Below, one piece after another: positions 48,501 to 61,600 of a DNA stretch of 64,000 nucleotides (position 1 is the stretch's first letter; each line of letters begins with the position of its first letter). The position numbers were made by a program, and so were the translations under genes. Source of the stretch: Magallana gigas (Eukaryota); the NCBI RefSeq assembly GCF_963853765.1, contig NC_088854.1, forward strand, positions 9,176,001 to 9,240,000, given 5' to 3'. The notes under the pieces were generated by a model. It had not been told where the DNA came from. It saw nothing but the letters and a program-made list of their open reading frames with translations, and did not search any database.

Positions 48501-50197
48501 CGATATACTATGGAGTGGACACGACACAGCAATGTAGATCAACAGGTCTAATTGGACGTTGAACACCCAACAACTTCATATCTGAAAATGTCCTATCATA
48601 AACCTTTCTTATTTGGATGGAAACATAACCAAAGAACAGGGAGTTGCATGTACACGTACAAGTTTTGCCTACGTGTATTTCAACAGACACATCAGGGCAA
48701 AGTTTACAAAACCGTAATACAAGCAATGTTTTTGTTGGTTTTTGCATTATTGTGGTCTTAAGGTGTATGCTGTCACCTTCATGCTGACCAGGGCTTGCTG
48801 TGAACTAGTTTGAATATACATACACTCAGAAGATATATTACATTAAAAATTTAAAATGTTTCAATTTAAACTTTACTATAACAGTTTTAGGCATATAATT
48901 ACGCAATGTTGTTTCAAGAGATTTATAGCAATTCTTGGGAGAAACATATGTCTGATTTATAATTTTACAATTAGATATATAGAGTCTGCCAGGTGACAAT
49001 GGCTAATTCACTTTGTAAACATTAAATTCTTGGAATATATGACAAAATAAATGTTGTATTTGAAAAGTTAAGTCCGGAATAAAGTTAGTCATAGAAAAGT
49101 CAATTATGCACTGTTATAGATGTCATATATTTCTGATTTTCAGTAAATATCTTATAGATCAATTAAATGTATTGCATCAGGCACGTATCATCGCGAAGTG
49201 GAGGAGATATCAAAAAAGAGAATAGAAAATTATTAAGCTGATACTGGCATTGCAAATTATGCTACATGTACTATGATAAAAATTGGGAAAGTAAATTTCA
49301 AAATCATGTAAAGATGTCAAAATTTTAAGGCACACAGTCCTAAAAAGTCCGAAATATCTGACGTTTTTCGGGCCTTTTTAAACGATTTTGATATTTTAGT
49401 AAGGAAAACAACTTATCCTGGCAAGTAAAATATCAAAATCGTTATGAAATCTAGGAAAACGTCAGATATTTTGGACTAAGTCTTGAATTGCCAACTTTCC
49501 TGTGGGCGTGTCTCTGCGACATTTTCTGATTGTATTAATAGTGATTGAGTATTGATTACTCAACATTGATTATGGACGCAACAGTTCTAATATAGACGAA
49601 GTGGTTGAAGTATAGGTGGGCACACTTTAAGAACAGTCGACATTGTAACCTTTTCACATATTTATTTTGAAATGGGTTATGCATAATGTAGTATCTCTGC
49701 GATGAACATACAGCAAAATCATTTTTGTTTATAAAATATAAAAAAACATTATTCCAGTCCAGATGACCGGCTTGCTCCTCTGACACGCTAAAAAATTTAC
49801 AGGGACTAGTTTAGCTTAAATTAAGACAAAAAAGAGTTCAGTGATCATTTTCTTGCAAAACATAAAAACAAAAAATGACCATTTTTCTTTTCAAGAAAAA
49901 TTGTTACAATAATCATACAATACTGCATGCGCTACTTGACAACCACTGTGAACAAAAACTAGCAGATAAAGACGTGAATCTGTACATGTACAACATGATG
50001 TTAGTGTATGAATTTCATGACGATCAATGGCTGCAACGATGCACCGACTCAATGTGACGTCATTGTATTTTCTGTTCACTTTGCGTCAACATTGTCAAAA
50101 CAACACGACAATCTAACTCGCATAACACAAAACAAATGTTCAAAACATAGTACAAGTACATGTTTTAAATAACACAGATAAATCACAGACACGTTTA

Positions 50198-53100
50198 CTA
50201 TGTGCAGCAGGAATTTTGAGGGGGTTGATTCGCGTTCGGTGGAATGTATACATTGGTAACTTTTTTGTACTTTTCTGGCACCTTTATGCTTGCATCCAGA
50301 CATCCTCCAAGTTCAGGGTTAGCCATTCGTAAGCCTGCAAAAGATAAACACTATACTTATAGAAGCAACAACAAATTAAACAGAGCAGATCGCGACTTAT
50401 AAAATAAGAACACCAAACTGTATTTAAGTTTTATGCAGTACTCATGTACATTTGTTAAACCATGGATAAAACACATACACATGTACTTAAGAGTCATACG
50501 ACTACTGGGTATCAGTACAAAGGTAACTACGTGTTATCATTGTATACATGTATATATATTAGACTGTACTCCCCGGCTTCGGTGACTACATTTAACACGT
50601 ACGTACCCAAGTCGTAGAACAGCTCCTCTACGTTTGTCCCTAGTTTGGCCGAGGTCTCTGTATACAGCATCCTGTGTTTGACCGCGTACGCCCGGCCGGT
50701 CTAAAAGATAGCAAATCGCTAATTATACATGTATAGGGGAAATAATATCGTTCCAATTAACAGTACATTTGATGCGGGGTTTTTTCCATTAAAGTTGCTC
50801 ATTACATCAAAAGTTATACTTTTTTTTAGACACAACTCCAAAAGATGGCGATTCAAATTGATTGCATCAATCAGTTTGGGTGGATATGGTCATAACTCAG
50901 CTTAAAATTCTGAAGATTTTTTTTTTTAATCCAGAATTGCATATTTTTGCCTATTTGACTTATATATACAATCATGTATTATCTTTCACAATCAAGTAAT
51001 TTTCTTCTGATTTGAGAAACTATTTCAAGGTGTAGTGATCCACCTTAAATAAAAAAGCATTTTGAAAGGAATTTTGAACTGGGTATACTTTTGGAGAGGG
51101 TTTCCTGAAAACTACCAGATGTGATCATATGATACAATTTCATTGTGTATACATTAAACCGGAACTAATTACTAAATACATTGTATATTTTCTTTATAAC
51201 AGATGTGCAATCTAAAGATATATTTTTATTGTATGTAAATGACATACATGTTAATAGATATTTAGTCTTCATTATAAGACCTTTTTTAATGCGAGCATTC
51301 CTGCTCGGATCACGGGAATACGAACCGTGGACTCTATTTGTCTTTTGGCGCCGAGGTCCGACTTGTTGCCCACCACTGCCGTTGTCACGTGACATGGCGC
51401 ACTTGTTAAAAGTTCTGTTCTCCATAACTCTAAGCTGTGAAAGGTTTCCTTGAAACATAAACGTTAGATTGACTTCACATACATGCTGCTTATAAACTGT
51501 TCTTAGTATATCAGCCTCTACTTGAACACGATATGATAGCATAAAGGGTTAAAGATACTTATGTCTAGCATATACATATCTTTGGAAAAAAGTAATCGTT
51601 GGATTATGAAAATCAAATCATTTTTCCTGTATATTAAGTTCGGTCTATCTATATAATAATTTTAAAAGAAATGAATTCAATATATATTTGTTTTATACAA
51701 TATAAAATGGTTTGGGGCAGCTTACGCTTTATAAATCGCGTAGCGGTTTATAAAAAAGCGTAAGCTGTTTCAAACCATTTTATATCGTATAAAACTAATA
51801 AATATTGAATTCATTGCTTATAATTTAATTTTTTTACTCTTCATTGTAAATAAAAACTGTCATTTGACATTTAAAATGACGTAAAATTGTCCAAATTCAA
51901 ACGTAACGTCAGGCGTATTGATACGTTTGAGACGTTAGTCTTACTATGACGTAGGCAACATTCTTTATACAATATAAAATAATTTTTTAGCCAATCAGAA
52001 AGCGCGTTACAACCAGAATTAAATTATTTTTTATAGAGGTTTTTCCCTTGTGATTTCATTTTGAATTAATTACATGTGAAAACATACCTTTGACGTAATA
52101 TCATACACTAGCAAGGCTATGTCGGCGTCCCGAAGGTACATGGGAACGAGGCTCCGGAATCTCTCCTGGCCAGCGGTGTCCCAAATCTGAAACAGGATTG
52201 TCCTCCCTTCTATCTCCATAGATCGAATGTAATAGCTGGCTAATAAAACCGTTCAAATATGATTTATGGGTGTTATATATATTAACGTGCATTCATTTTT
52301 AAAAAAAAAGTGGTGTATCGTTAGAAATTGAAAAACTGGTTGAAGCTGATATTGAAATAAAAATCGACATAAATTTTCGACATACATTTTATTTTTCACA
52401 AATTACATGTTGTAAACTCTTGAAATGTTGATATGTAACTATATTATATAAGCATAAAAAAACAAATAATGATTTTCAAAAAATGTAACTGCATGGCGAC
52501 TGTACGGTATGTGATTTTCAGGACATTTTTTAGATGAGATATTCTTGTCATTTAAAGTATCTACTTTATGATTTATGATTTCTGCATTTTTTTGAAAGCA
52601 TGTACATGCATATCATAGTACTTGAATACTACTTGAATACATGTAGCTAATATAACAGCTAAAAACAGTCATAGATTTAAAAATGTATTACATTCTGTCG
52701 ATTAGATATGTCATAGTTTGATGAAATAATGTGATCATACATATTTTTTTTATCTTTATGGAGTTAAGAAAGTTCATCAAGGAATAATAACTTCCATTCC
52801 CATCCCGTCCTAATTAGCAACTAAGTACAGGCAATGACATGCGCTGGTCTAAACAAATTCATCTTCGAATTCACGAGGTCATTCTCGCATACGTTTACTA
52901 ACTCCATCAATGGGAGAATGAAACACTTTATAATTAGCTTTAGGAGGTTTGCAAACAAAGATCATAACGAAAACATTTGGTACTTGCATAAGCATTTATC
53001 GCACGCGATTGGTTGAGTTTTCTCCCTAAGATTGTGAATGAACCAATCAGAATAGGACATGCATTATTCATGAGAACAAGAAAAATTCTGTAACCTTTCC

Positions 53101-54272
53101 AGTAAACGAATTCGAGACTGGTCATGGGTTTCCGAAACGTTTGTCAATTGAACTGGAATTTTTACCATAAAGAACCCTTTTATCTTTAGTAAAATATGAA
53201 CTATTTCCCCAGTCCAACAATGTTAGGCGATAAATCGATTTCATCTTTTTCATTATTTCCGGTTCACGTGTACATTACTGCACTTTAATACAAAATTCGG
53301 TCATTGCATTTCGTTCCCATGTTAGATAATTTGATAGATTTCCTGATATTATGTGTTAATTGACAATTTGATATATAGTCACACACTGATATATCAATAG
53401 GAAGTGCAACACATGCACCCCTCCATTTATATAGGTCATAGAAAGAGGGAAAAATAAATGATTTCATCAGAATAATTAGAAATGGTCTTTCAAAACGATT
53501 GCTATATTAAGTAACCTTCAACATGTCCAAGTAAATGTCGAAGATAACGATTAGCTCATTTTTTCCCTTAATTTTCAAAGAAGAGATTAGCGGATTCCTG
53601 ATTTTCATAATTGGTTTGGAAAGATAATTACATGTATATCCAAGTTATTACAACCAAATGTATGCATATAAGCATGTACATGTATATGTATGATAACAAG
53701 AAAAAAGCTGTCAATGTGACACAAACCGGGATTTCTTTTGTGTAAATAGTATCCATAATCTATTTGTCGTCTCTTAATTGATAAACACTACCTATCGTGA
53801 GAAATGGGGTACTCTACGTGCAACATTTGGTAAAATATATGACTAAGTTCAACAGCTGGTATTTTTACATAAATTATCAGAAATCAAAATCCAGTTAATA
53901 TGCATATGTCTTATATATGTACAACTGATCTGAAAAACAAAACTCCCTCATCTCTAAAACTGTAGGAGGAGTTATCCGTACAAGAGGAGTAACCTTTTGG
54001 CAGCCGCCAGCCCGCCATTTTTACCATTTATATATAAATAACCGGCGGATCTTTTCTTTGGTAAATCAGCTTAAAAGGTTTAATCAAAGTTTATATTTAA
54101 GCTTGCTTATGAGCTGGTAAATAGACAAACCTCCTACGGTATGTGGTAGTTTCTCTTCGAATGCATTCTTGGTGAATCGATGCGCAATGGCGGTTTTTCC
54201 AACACACATGTCTCCTATGACAACAACCTTGACCCGAACAGGGTCCTGGAAGTTCTGCTCATTGAGGCTCAT
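50198..54272 (-). CDS. Rab-family small GTPase B, 215 aa
   Basis: Exons 54272-54131, 52239-52088, 51448-51326, 50700-50607 and 50334-50198, phases 1,0,0,1; exons 2 and 4 have the same lengths as in Rab A. Motifs [25 protein letters not shown] and C-terminal CCT. Candidate non-coding exon donor GAG|GTGAGT near 55862. Confidence 0.93.
51670..52030 (+). mobile_element. foldback element, family C
   Basis: ~68-bp arms (51670-51815) around the apex CGC-GTA-GCG; tail ends CCAATCAG...AAATTAT. Confidence 0.85.
53695..54070 (-). mobile_element. probable HINE-type repeat in Rab B intron 1
   Basis: AACAAG terminus, internal satellite-like segment and GCCGCCAGCCCGCC microsatellite remnant. Confidence 0.45.
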
Positions 54273-56351
54273 TTTTGGTTGTCATTGTGAGCTCCTTGAT
54301 TAAAATCCCACTGAAAAATAATGTTTTTCAACCGTGGTAATTGCAAAAAATGTTGAGTTACCACAACTTACCATTTGTCATCAAGTATTCGAATAAATTA
54401 CATGTATGACCTCTGATTTAAGAACAGACCATTCAATTCTTGGAACTCTGATAGGGAAACACATTAAACCTCAAATGGTACATGTTTCCGGAATTAGTTG
54501 AAACCTTTAATGATTGCACTAAGTGTTTAGTAAACTGATAAAACAAAAAAAGCCTATCTAGTGTTTTCCTTGCGGAGACAACATCAAGCAATGGTAATCT
54601 ATCTTAAATCTCTGGACAGGAAGCATGGATTCTATTGGCAGTCCATATTAAGTTATATGTAAAACCAAACTAATATCATGCCAAAAACTATATAAAGCTT
54701 TCAGGACGTTTTAATTGGATATTTTGGGTTTCCACAAAAGACGGTCCGTGGAATCTTCTGTATTTAAAACTCAGTTGGAGTAGCTTTTAGCTTTATATTG
54801 AATTTTCTTCTTTTACTTTGTCTTTTTTATGTGCCATATATACGACTGGTTGATTCTATTTTCATGTTTGAATTCATTGTTCTACTCATCAATATTCATT
54901 CAGATATTAATTCTGCACACTTTGTCGCCGACTATATGAAATTCATTTTACCGGCAGACCGATCAACATTGAAATTGTTCGTAATGTTAAATAAACATCC
55001 GCTTTGTTAGACTTTTCGGTGGTAAGAAATATAGAGAAGTTTTTTTTAGGCAAGTGTTACGTGTTTTGGGCAAAGGCATCTGACGTTAAAAATCTGTAAG
55101 TAAAAATTTCCCCGTACTGTAAAATAAATAATGCAGGAAATTATATACATATGTCTATAAAAAGAAATGTTTTCATATGATTTTTTTTTAAATTGTAGTT
55201 TTCAATTGCTAAAAATATATTCAAACCGGAAAAGATAATCTAAAAAAAAAAGGAATTCATTTTTTGAAAATGAGTTTTATATTTTTGTCATGGATGGAGG
55301 TTTCATCGAAATAATACTCAAGCGTTTAAGAAAAAATCAATGGACACACTTTTTTCCTATTCACTTTTTCTGATGTTAATGAATTGCAGCATAATACAGC
55401 TAATGTAACATGTTCGTCTCTGGGATATTTTCAATTAATCGCATTTTCCGACTGACACTCTTTTTGTTTATCAATGGATATTTTTTTGTAGATTAATAAT
55501 TTAGAGAAACGAATATGTTTTATATTCGTTAATACGTACTTTTATGTTATATGTGACAATATGAGCTGTTAGAAATAGAACAAAAACATGCGTGTGTCCA
55601 TTCAAGATTTCAAGTTAGCTCTAGAATAAATTTCGGAGGGGTGAATATGTACAAATGTGTGACAATTTTTTGAAACAAATTTTCTTCTAACTTTTCTGTA
55701 CATTCGATTCATCCACTAGATAAGTACAGCTTTCATTTCTTATTAAATCTTGAGGATTAGAGAAAAATTAATGGGCACGGTTGACGTTGAACATAACGAA
55801 AGTGTGTTTAAAATATAGGATCGACCTGCCTAAACCAGTGCACATACACATATATTTACTCACCTCAAATGAAACTGACAAGGTTTTGACTAATGTCCAG
55901 GTTTCTGCCAATATCAGGGACTACATTCTCCTTCTAGCTCGTCTGCTCTAAAAGTTCATGGTCGTTGACTAAAACACAACATCAAGTTGGTTACGTTAAA
56001 ATGACAGTTCCTTGTGTCACAACTTAAACGCGGAAATCCCAGCTAGTTTTCAAATCTCTGAACTTTTGCATTTATATTTACTTCCGCTTTGAGATAAGTT
56101 TAATCACTTGCCCCCCTGTGTTTAGCGGTTATTCTTGACTTTAAAGCCCTACTCAGCCCTTATAATACTAAGCATCTACTTAACGTAACTGTATAAGATA
56201 GGTCTAAGATAAATATGTTGTCCGTGTATGGTGCACTGTACATGTGGCTGACGTGCTAATGAAGGAATGATTGTTTCGGATTTTAATTGATGTACATGTA
56301 TTTTTAATAATGCCATTTCATGTTGTTGTTTTTTTTAAATCATAATGAAAA

Positions 56352-56353
<2 letters not shown>

Positions 56354-56415
<62 letters not shown>
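56354..56415. repeat. (CT)n microsatellite
   Basis: Uninterrupted CT run. Confidence 0.98.
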
Positions 56416-56419
<4 letters not shown>

Positions 56420-56502
56420 CAGGCCCGGAGTAAGAGATTAATTGACTGAATTACAGTATACATCTTATCTTTTAGACAAAAATAAATGTAAGATCTGTAA
56501 TG

Positions 56503-56596
56503 ATTTGTGATGGTATATGATTATTATCCAATGAGTTGACGAGGGGATAAATGAACAGACAAAAATAATGGATAAAAGTCATATACCATCGCAAAT
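56503..56596. repeat. degenerate foldback element
   Basis: Arms ATTTGTGATGGTATATGA / TCATATACCATCGCAAAT. Confidence 0.65.
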
Positions 56597-57350
56597 TATG
56601 AGAGATTCTTTTATCGATTTGTGACGTTAAAAACATAATCTAAAATAAAGTATAATAAATATTATAATTAAAATCGTGTAAGATGAGATTGACTTAAAAA
56701 CTCTACAATTGTAATATTTTGATCATACATCGACACCATTATCAACAGTACATTACTCCTTTCTTGGCGGTGGATTTAGAATTTTATTTTGCGGTAAATG
56801 TCTGCTAGTATGATAAATGTGCATGTGACTTAAACCTTTAGGATAAACAAGATTTGAAAAAAAACAACAACAATTTTTGTCAGAGGAAAGATTTCTCTTC
56901 TAAGGAATATAAGCTATTCAGTTTTTGTACAGGACGAAAATAATTCAATTTTGCTTCAATTAAGGCTTCTAAACGGCTTTCCCCACAAAAATATGGCTAA
57001 TAGAACTTTAAAAACAATGATATCTTTTGTCATTTTAGTAGAAAATAACATTTTCGTAAAAAAAAAATTAAAAATTAACTCATATTGCAGCTCATATTGC
57101 TTTAATATCTATTAGCCAATATACCGGTAAATACCACGATATGCCAATTTTTTTTTTTGGGGGGGGGGGGGGGGGGGAGAGAAAAAAATCAGCTTTGATA
57201 TAATCCCTGGACCAAACCACGATTTAAACATTTTTTTATTTCACCATTCAGAAATACACAAATATGGGGAAAAAGTGAAAATTTAATCAGCGCTTCTTCA
57301 ACAAATTTTTACATAGTAAAAAGTGTTAACTTTCGGGGCGAATCCCTACA

Positions 57351-58165
57351 GTCTGTCTCAAGATATTGATGATTTATGAAGCACATTTGGATAATTTTTA
57401 AGAAAAAATACCTATGAAAAAAGTGCAATTGAAATTTATGATAGGGACAATATCCAAGATATCTTCATTGACACATGATCAGTTTTCAGTCGAACGAAAA
57501 CAGATTAATTTCTTATGGAGTTTTATAATGGTAAATGCTTACACCTTTTCTCCATTCGGAAGTCACTTTGAATACCTCGCACAATTTTTCAAAGTTATCA
57601 CCCGGGTACTTTTATCTCTTTTGCAATGCGAAATTCCCGTAGACTTTTTATTTTTATAATAGTCGTGTAGTGAAACCCGACAAGCTGGAGGGAGCGTTTC
57701 AAAGTAAAATCTTGATATTTTTTCAAACTATGGAATTATAATCCATATCGTTACATCGTTAACAGGTTAAAATCCAGGACTGCGTTTTCCAAAAGAACTT
57801 ATGACAAAGTCATAAATATTTTCAGTTTCATGGAATAAACTTGAAAGAACAATACACGGCTAAAAAATGTGATGTCTACGGGGATTTTGTATTGCAGCAG
57901 ACCCGGATTATAACGTTGGAAAATTGTACGAGGTATTTCGAGTGACTTCCGAATGGAGAAAAGATAGAAACAATCCCCATTATAAATCTCCGTAAGAAAT
58001 CTGTTTTCGTTCCCGTTAACTTTTATGAGTGAAAAATGATAATGTGTCAATGAAATTATCTTGGACATTTTCCCTTTCATCGATTTCAATTGCACTTCTT
58101 TCACAGGTATGTGTATTTTTATTAAAAATCGGCCAAATGTGCTGCATAAATATCTTGGGACAGCC
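57351..58165. mobile_element. non-autonomous DNA transposon with ~130-bp TIRs
   Basis: 57351-57480 is the inverted copy of 58035-58165. The TIR is shared with the elements at 22158-22915. Confidence 0.8.
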
Positions 58166-58378
58166 AGGCTTATAGTGAGCAACTGAGCGAATCATACTTC
58201 CCGCAAAACTTGCAGATCGCCCGAGGACTTCCGAGAGAAGCAGGAACTCAATGACTGAAAGTTGCGTCACGTGGCCTTTGTATTTACAAACACTAACGTT
58301 AGTGCTTATGATGTTTCCGTGTAAGAAAAGATAAAACGCTAAAAACACTCGTCTAATGTGCCGGTTCAATCACTGAAC

Positions 58379-58597
58379 ATGGCACTGAAAGACACAATCA
58401 TTCTGTGGAATGACGGTGTAAATCTATATCTTGAAGAGGAATTTGAAGAAGCTATTTCGAAATTTAAACAAATCGAGAACCCGAATGCTCGTGTTCTATA
58501 CAACGTCGCCTTTTCTTACCTCCAATTGGACAGACTAGATGATGCATTAAAGGTAAGGTTAAATTAATTTGTTTTTTGGTTAATTAAACAGGTGAAA

Positions 58598-58634
<37 letters not shown>

Positions 58635-61600
58635 AACAATGTAATACGCAAGTTTAATCTATAACAAGAAATCAAATGACCTGCCGTACCTTGTTGCAAA
58701 AGGTCCTTTGAATCATGGTATCTTTATAAAATGAAAATGTTAGGAGGTATATGTATTTTAACAATTTGATCTGGACCTACTTGGATCAAGTTCTAAAACA
58801 CTTAATTATGTATCTTGACCATTAGGTTGCTAATGGTTATACCTCCTATACCTCCTGCATACACACGTCTATTAATAAAAAATCCCCAACAGATATGGTT
58901 AGTTCTAACTTTGCAAAAAAAAGTGGAGGGGATAAATACACCCCACCCCTACACATCTGCAATATCTACAAGGTCATCTTGACTTACAAAAAAGATATTA
59001 CACTAACCCATACATACTCAGCATCATAATGAGTACAAAATCTGTTTCTTTACAATAAAATTAGTTATCTGAGTTTCTAAAATTTGGGAAGTGAACGCTG
59101 GAGGCCAGGGGTTTTGATGGTAGGACAGTCAATTTTCTCCAATGATTTAAATATTAATTCATTAAGAACATCATTGCATATGGCCATGCATGCAACTCAC
59201 TAGAACCAATCACCTATCTATGCATATATGTATATTTGTCATCATGCAGTGTATAGCTAAGTACATTAACTTGTCACATTTCAGCCAGCTGAAAAACTGT
59301 ACATGTATATACTTAATAAACATGTGCAGGTAATTGCAAACTGCATATGTACAATGCTGTGGAATATCTATTAAGCTGTATAGTAATGAAGTTGTTAATT
59401 TTCGGTTTGAATTGCTTGATATGATAAAGCTTTGAATAGTTTTTAAGTACAAGATCTCTCACGATCCAGTGAACAACTTTTCTAGTTATAACACCAGGAA
59501 ATTTTTAACTACAAACATGAAGGATATGTAAAGTTAATATAGATAATTACTCATGACACGAGAAAAAAGATAAAGATTTGCCATTAGGGCATACACACAA
59601 GCTAATTAGAACTTGTTTTTTTTTTCAGTTTCTTTACTACTGCGCAAAACATGCATTACCTAAAAATAATGTATTGGCATTTAAGAGAAAAAAACCCTAT
59701 GTATAACTTAATTTTACACATATCATCTTAATATAATTTGATGTGTATTTACATGCAGTGCAGTGTATATATAAGGGTCATAAAGCATATACTGCCAGCT
59801 AGGGTATTTGTTGTAAAATACTGGAATAAAATGTGTTATCATCTACCATTACCTTTACACATTTAGGACTAAATGCATGTAATTACATGTATATACACTC
59901 ACAATCATATAGCTTATATTTTACATAAACATTAAATTTACCAGGACTTGTGTATTTATATTCATTCCCTTGATGGACTAAAGTGCAAGGTATATTTACA
60001 AGTCATAAAAATGATATCTAACTTTATTATTTTCAAGATTAATCTGTATCAATGATTTTCCTTATAAATTGGTACTAATTAATATTTGTTGGTAAATGTC
60101 GCATGTACCCGGTAATATATACCGGTAAATGATATTGATAAAAGATTCAGTGTATAGTGACAGAATTACCGTAAGCCTCATAGTGTCTATTGTCTGACTT
60201 CATCTTAGTGTATATGACCACTGTATCCTGATTGACATAATGAATCTTCCTATATTGCAGTAAACATTGTTAATCATCATATACTTCCTTTTTATCACTA
60301 ATACTGGTACAACAAAACTAATGTTTGATACGTAGCTACTACAATAAAACTTCCAAAACATCTCCTTTGTTATAAAAGCTAGGTTTTAACAGGTATCCTC
60401 AATAATCAAGTTTATTAAATTCTAGCAGGTGTTGAGGGCAAGCTTTATAAGAATTTCATCAGGTTGAATAAAATCTAAGAGAAAGTACTGTCCCTTCTTT
60501 TAATTATGGTATATATATGCATAATTTCCTTCTCGAACTTTGCAATCTTTCAGTCAGAAGGGGAAGTTATCCGGCTAGAGGGCATCGGTTGGTTTTATTA
60601 AAAGTTTGCAGTATGCACAATTGCAAATATGCCAAAATCAGAAACATTGAGTTAAAAGATGATTCTTAATTTCTTTCAGTTATATTAAGGAAGTCTTTCA
60701 GAGCAATGATCATGCAGTTAGATAGATAAAATATTTTCAATTAAATATAAACTGATGTAAAACCCAACCCCCAAAATGTAGAAAGAGCCTGGAGTGAGAA
60801 AGCAATATCAGGGCATGCAAAATAATATTGTATCTAATAGAATGTAGAAATATTAAAGTTTTGTTGAACTTGTTGAGTTTTTTAATTCTGTAGAATCTGA
60901 AGGAGACAGTACAGAAAGATCAGCACCTAGCCATTGCCCATTTCTGTTCAGGACTTGTAGAGGCCAAGCTTCGCAGGTAGGAATATACCTAATTAGTACA
61001 TTGAATATTTTTTAATGATTTTGAAAAGAAATTACTGTACAATGCAATTACTTCACAGCTGTGATATTTAGTTTTCTTTCATTAAAAAAAATATAAATAC
61101 ACATGTATATATACATGCGCAAGTACCGGGTAGTACAACCATATTTGATGAGTTCCATAGCAGATAAATGTATTGATGTTTATCTTGTTTCAGGTACAGA
61201 GAGGCTATATCTGATTTTGACAAAGCTGTGGAGAAATTACGGTCAGCAACCTTCATAGACTACACCCAGCTGGGGATGGGATATAAGCTGATGCTCTCAG
61301 AGGTAACCATGACCTTGTACTATTAAAGTGAAAGGTCAAGGACATTGACAGCATAAAATCACAATGTCTTGGCCACAGGGCCAAGCCGGTTTTAACATTA
61401 ATTTCAATGTAACCATAAATTGAAATTAATGTTAAAACGGGCTTGGCCCCTGTGGTCTTGGCAGAGAAAATTATTTTCAACAAAAGATTAGGATTGAACA
61501 AATTATGATAATAATTATAGATTACTATGAAGTAATTGTTAATCTTTAAGTCAGTTTACTTTATAACAAAATGGGTTACATGTCACAACACATGCAATAT

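Noticed and set aside
47150-48760. Several exon-like, GC-richer patches between the two Rab genes
   Set aside because: Splice-like signals occur on both strands but no phase-consistent ORF could be assembled; they may be UTR exons or lncRNA.
54200-54225. GDMCVGKT P-loop read as an oncogenic-like constitutively active Rab
   Set aside because: Natural Rabs show the same residues (Rab20 GDMNVGKT, Rab21 GEGCVGKT), so activation cannot be inferred.
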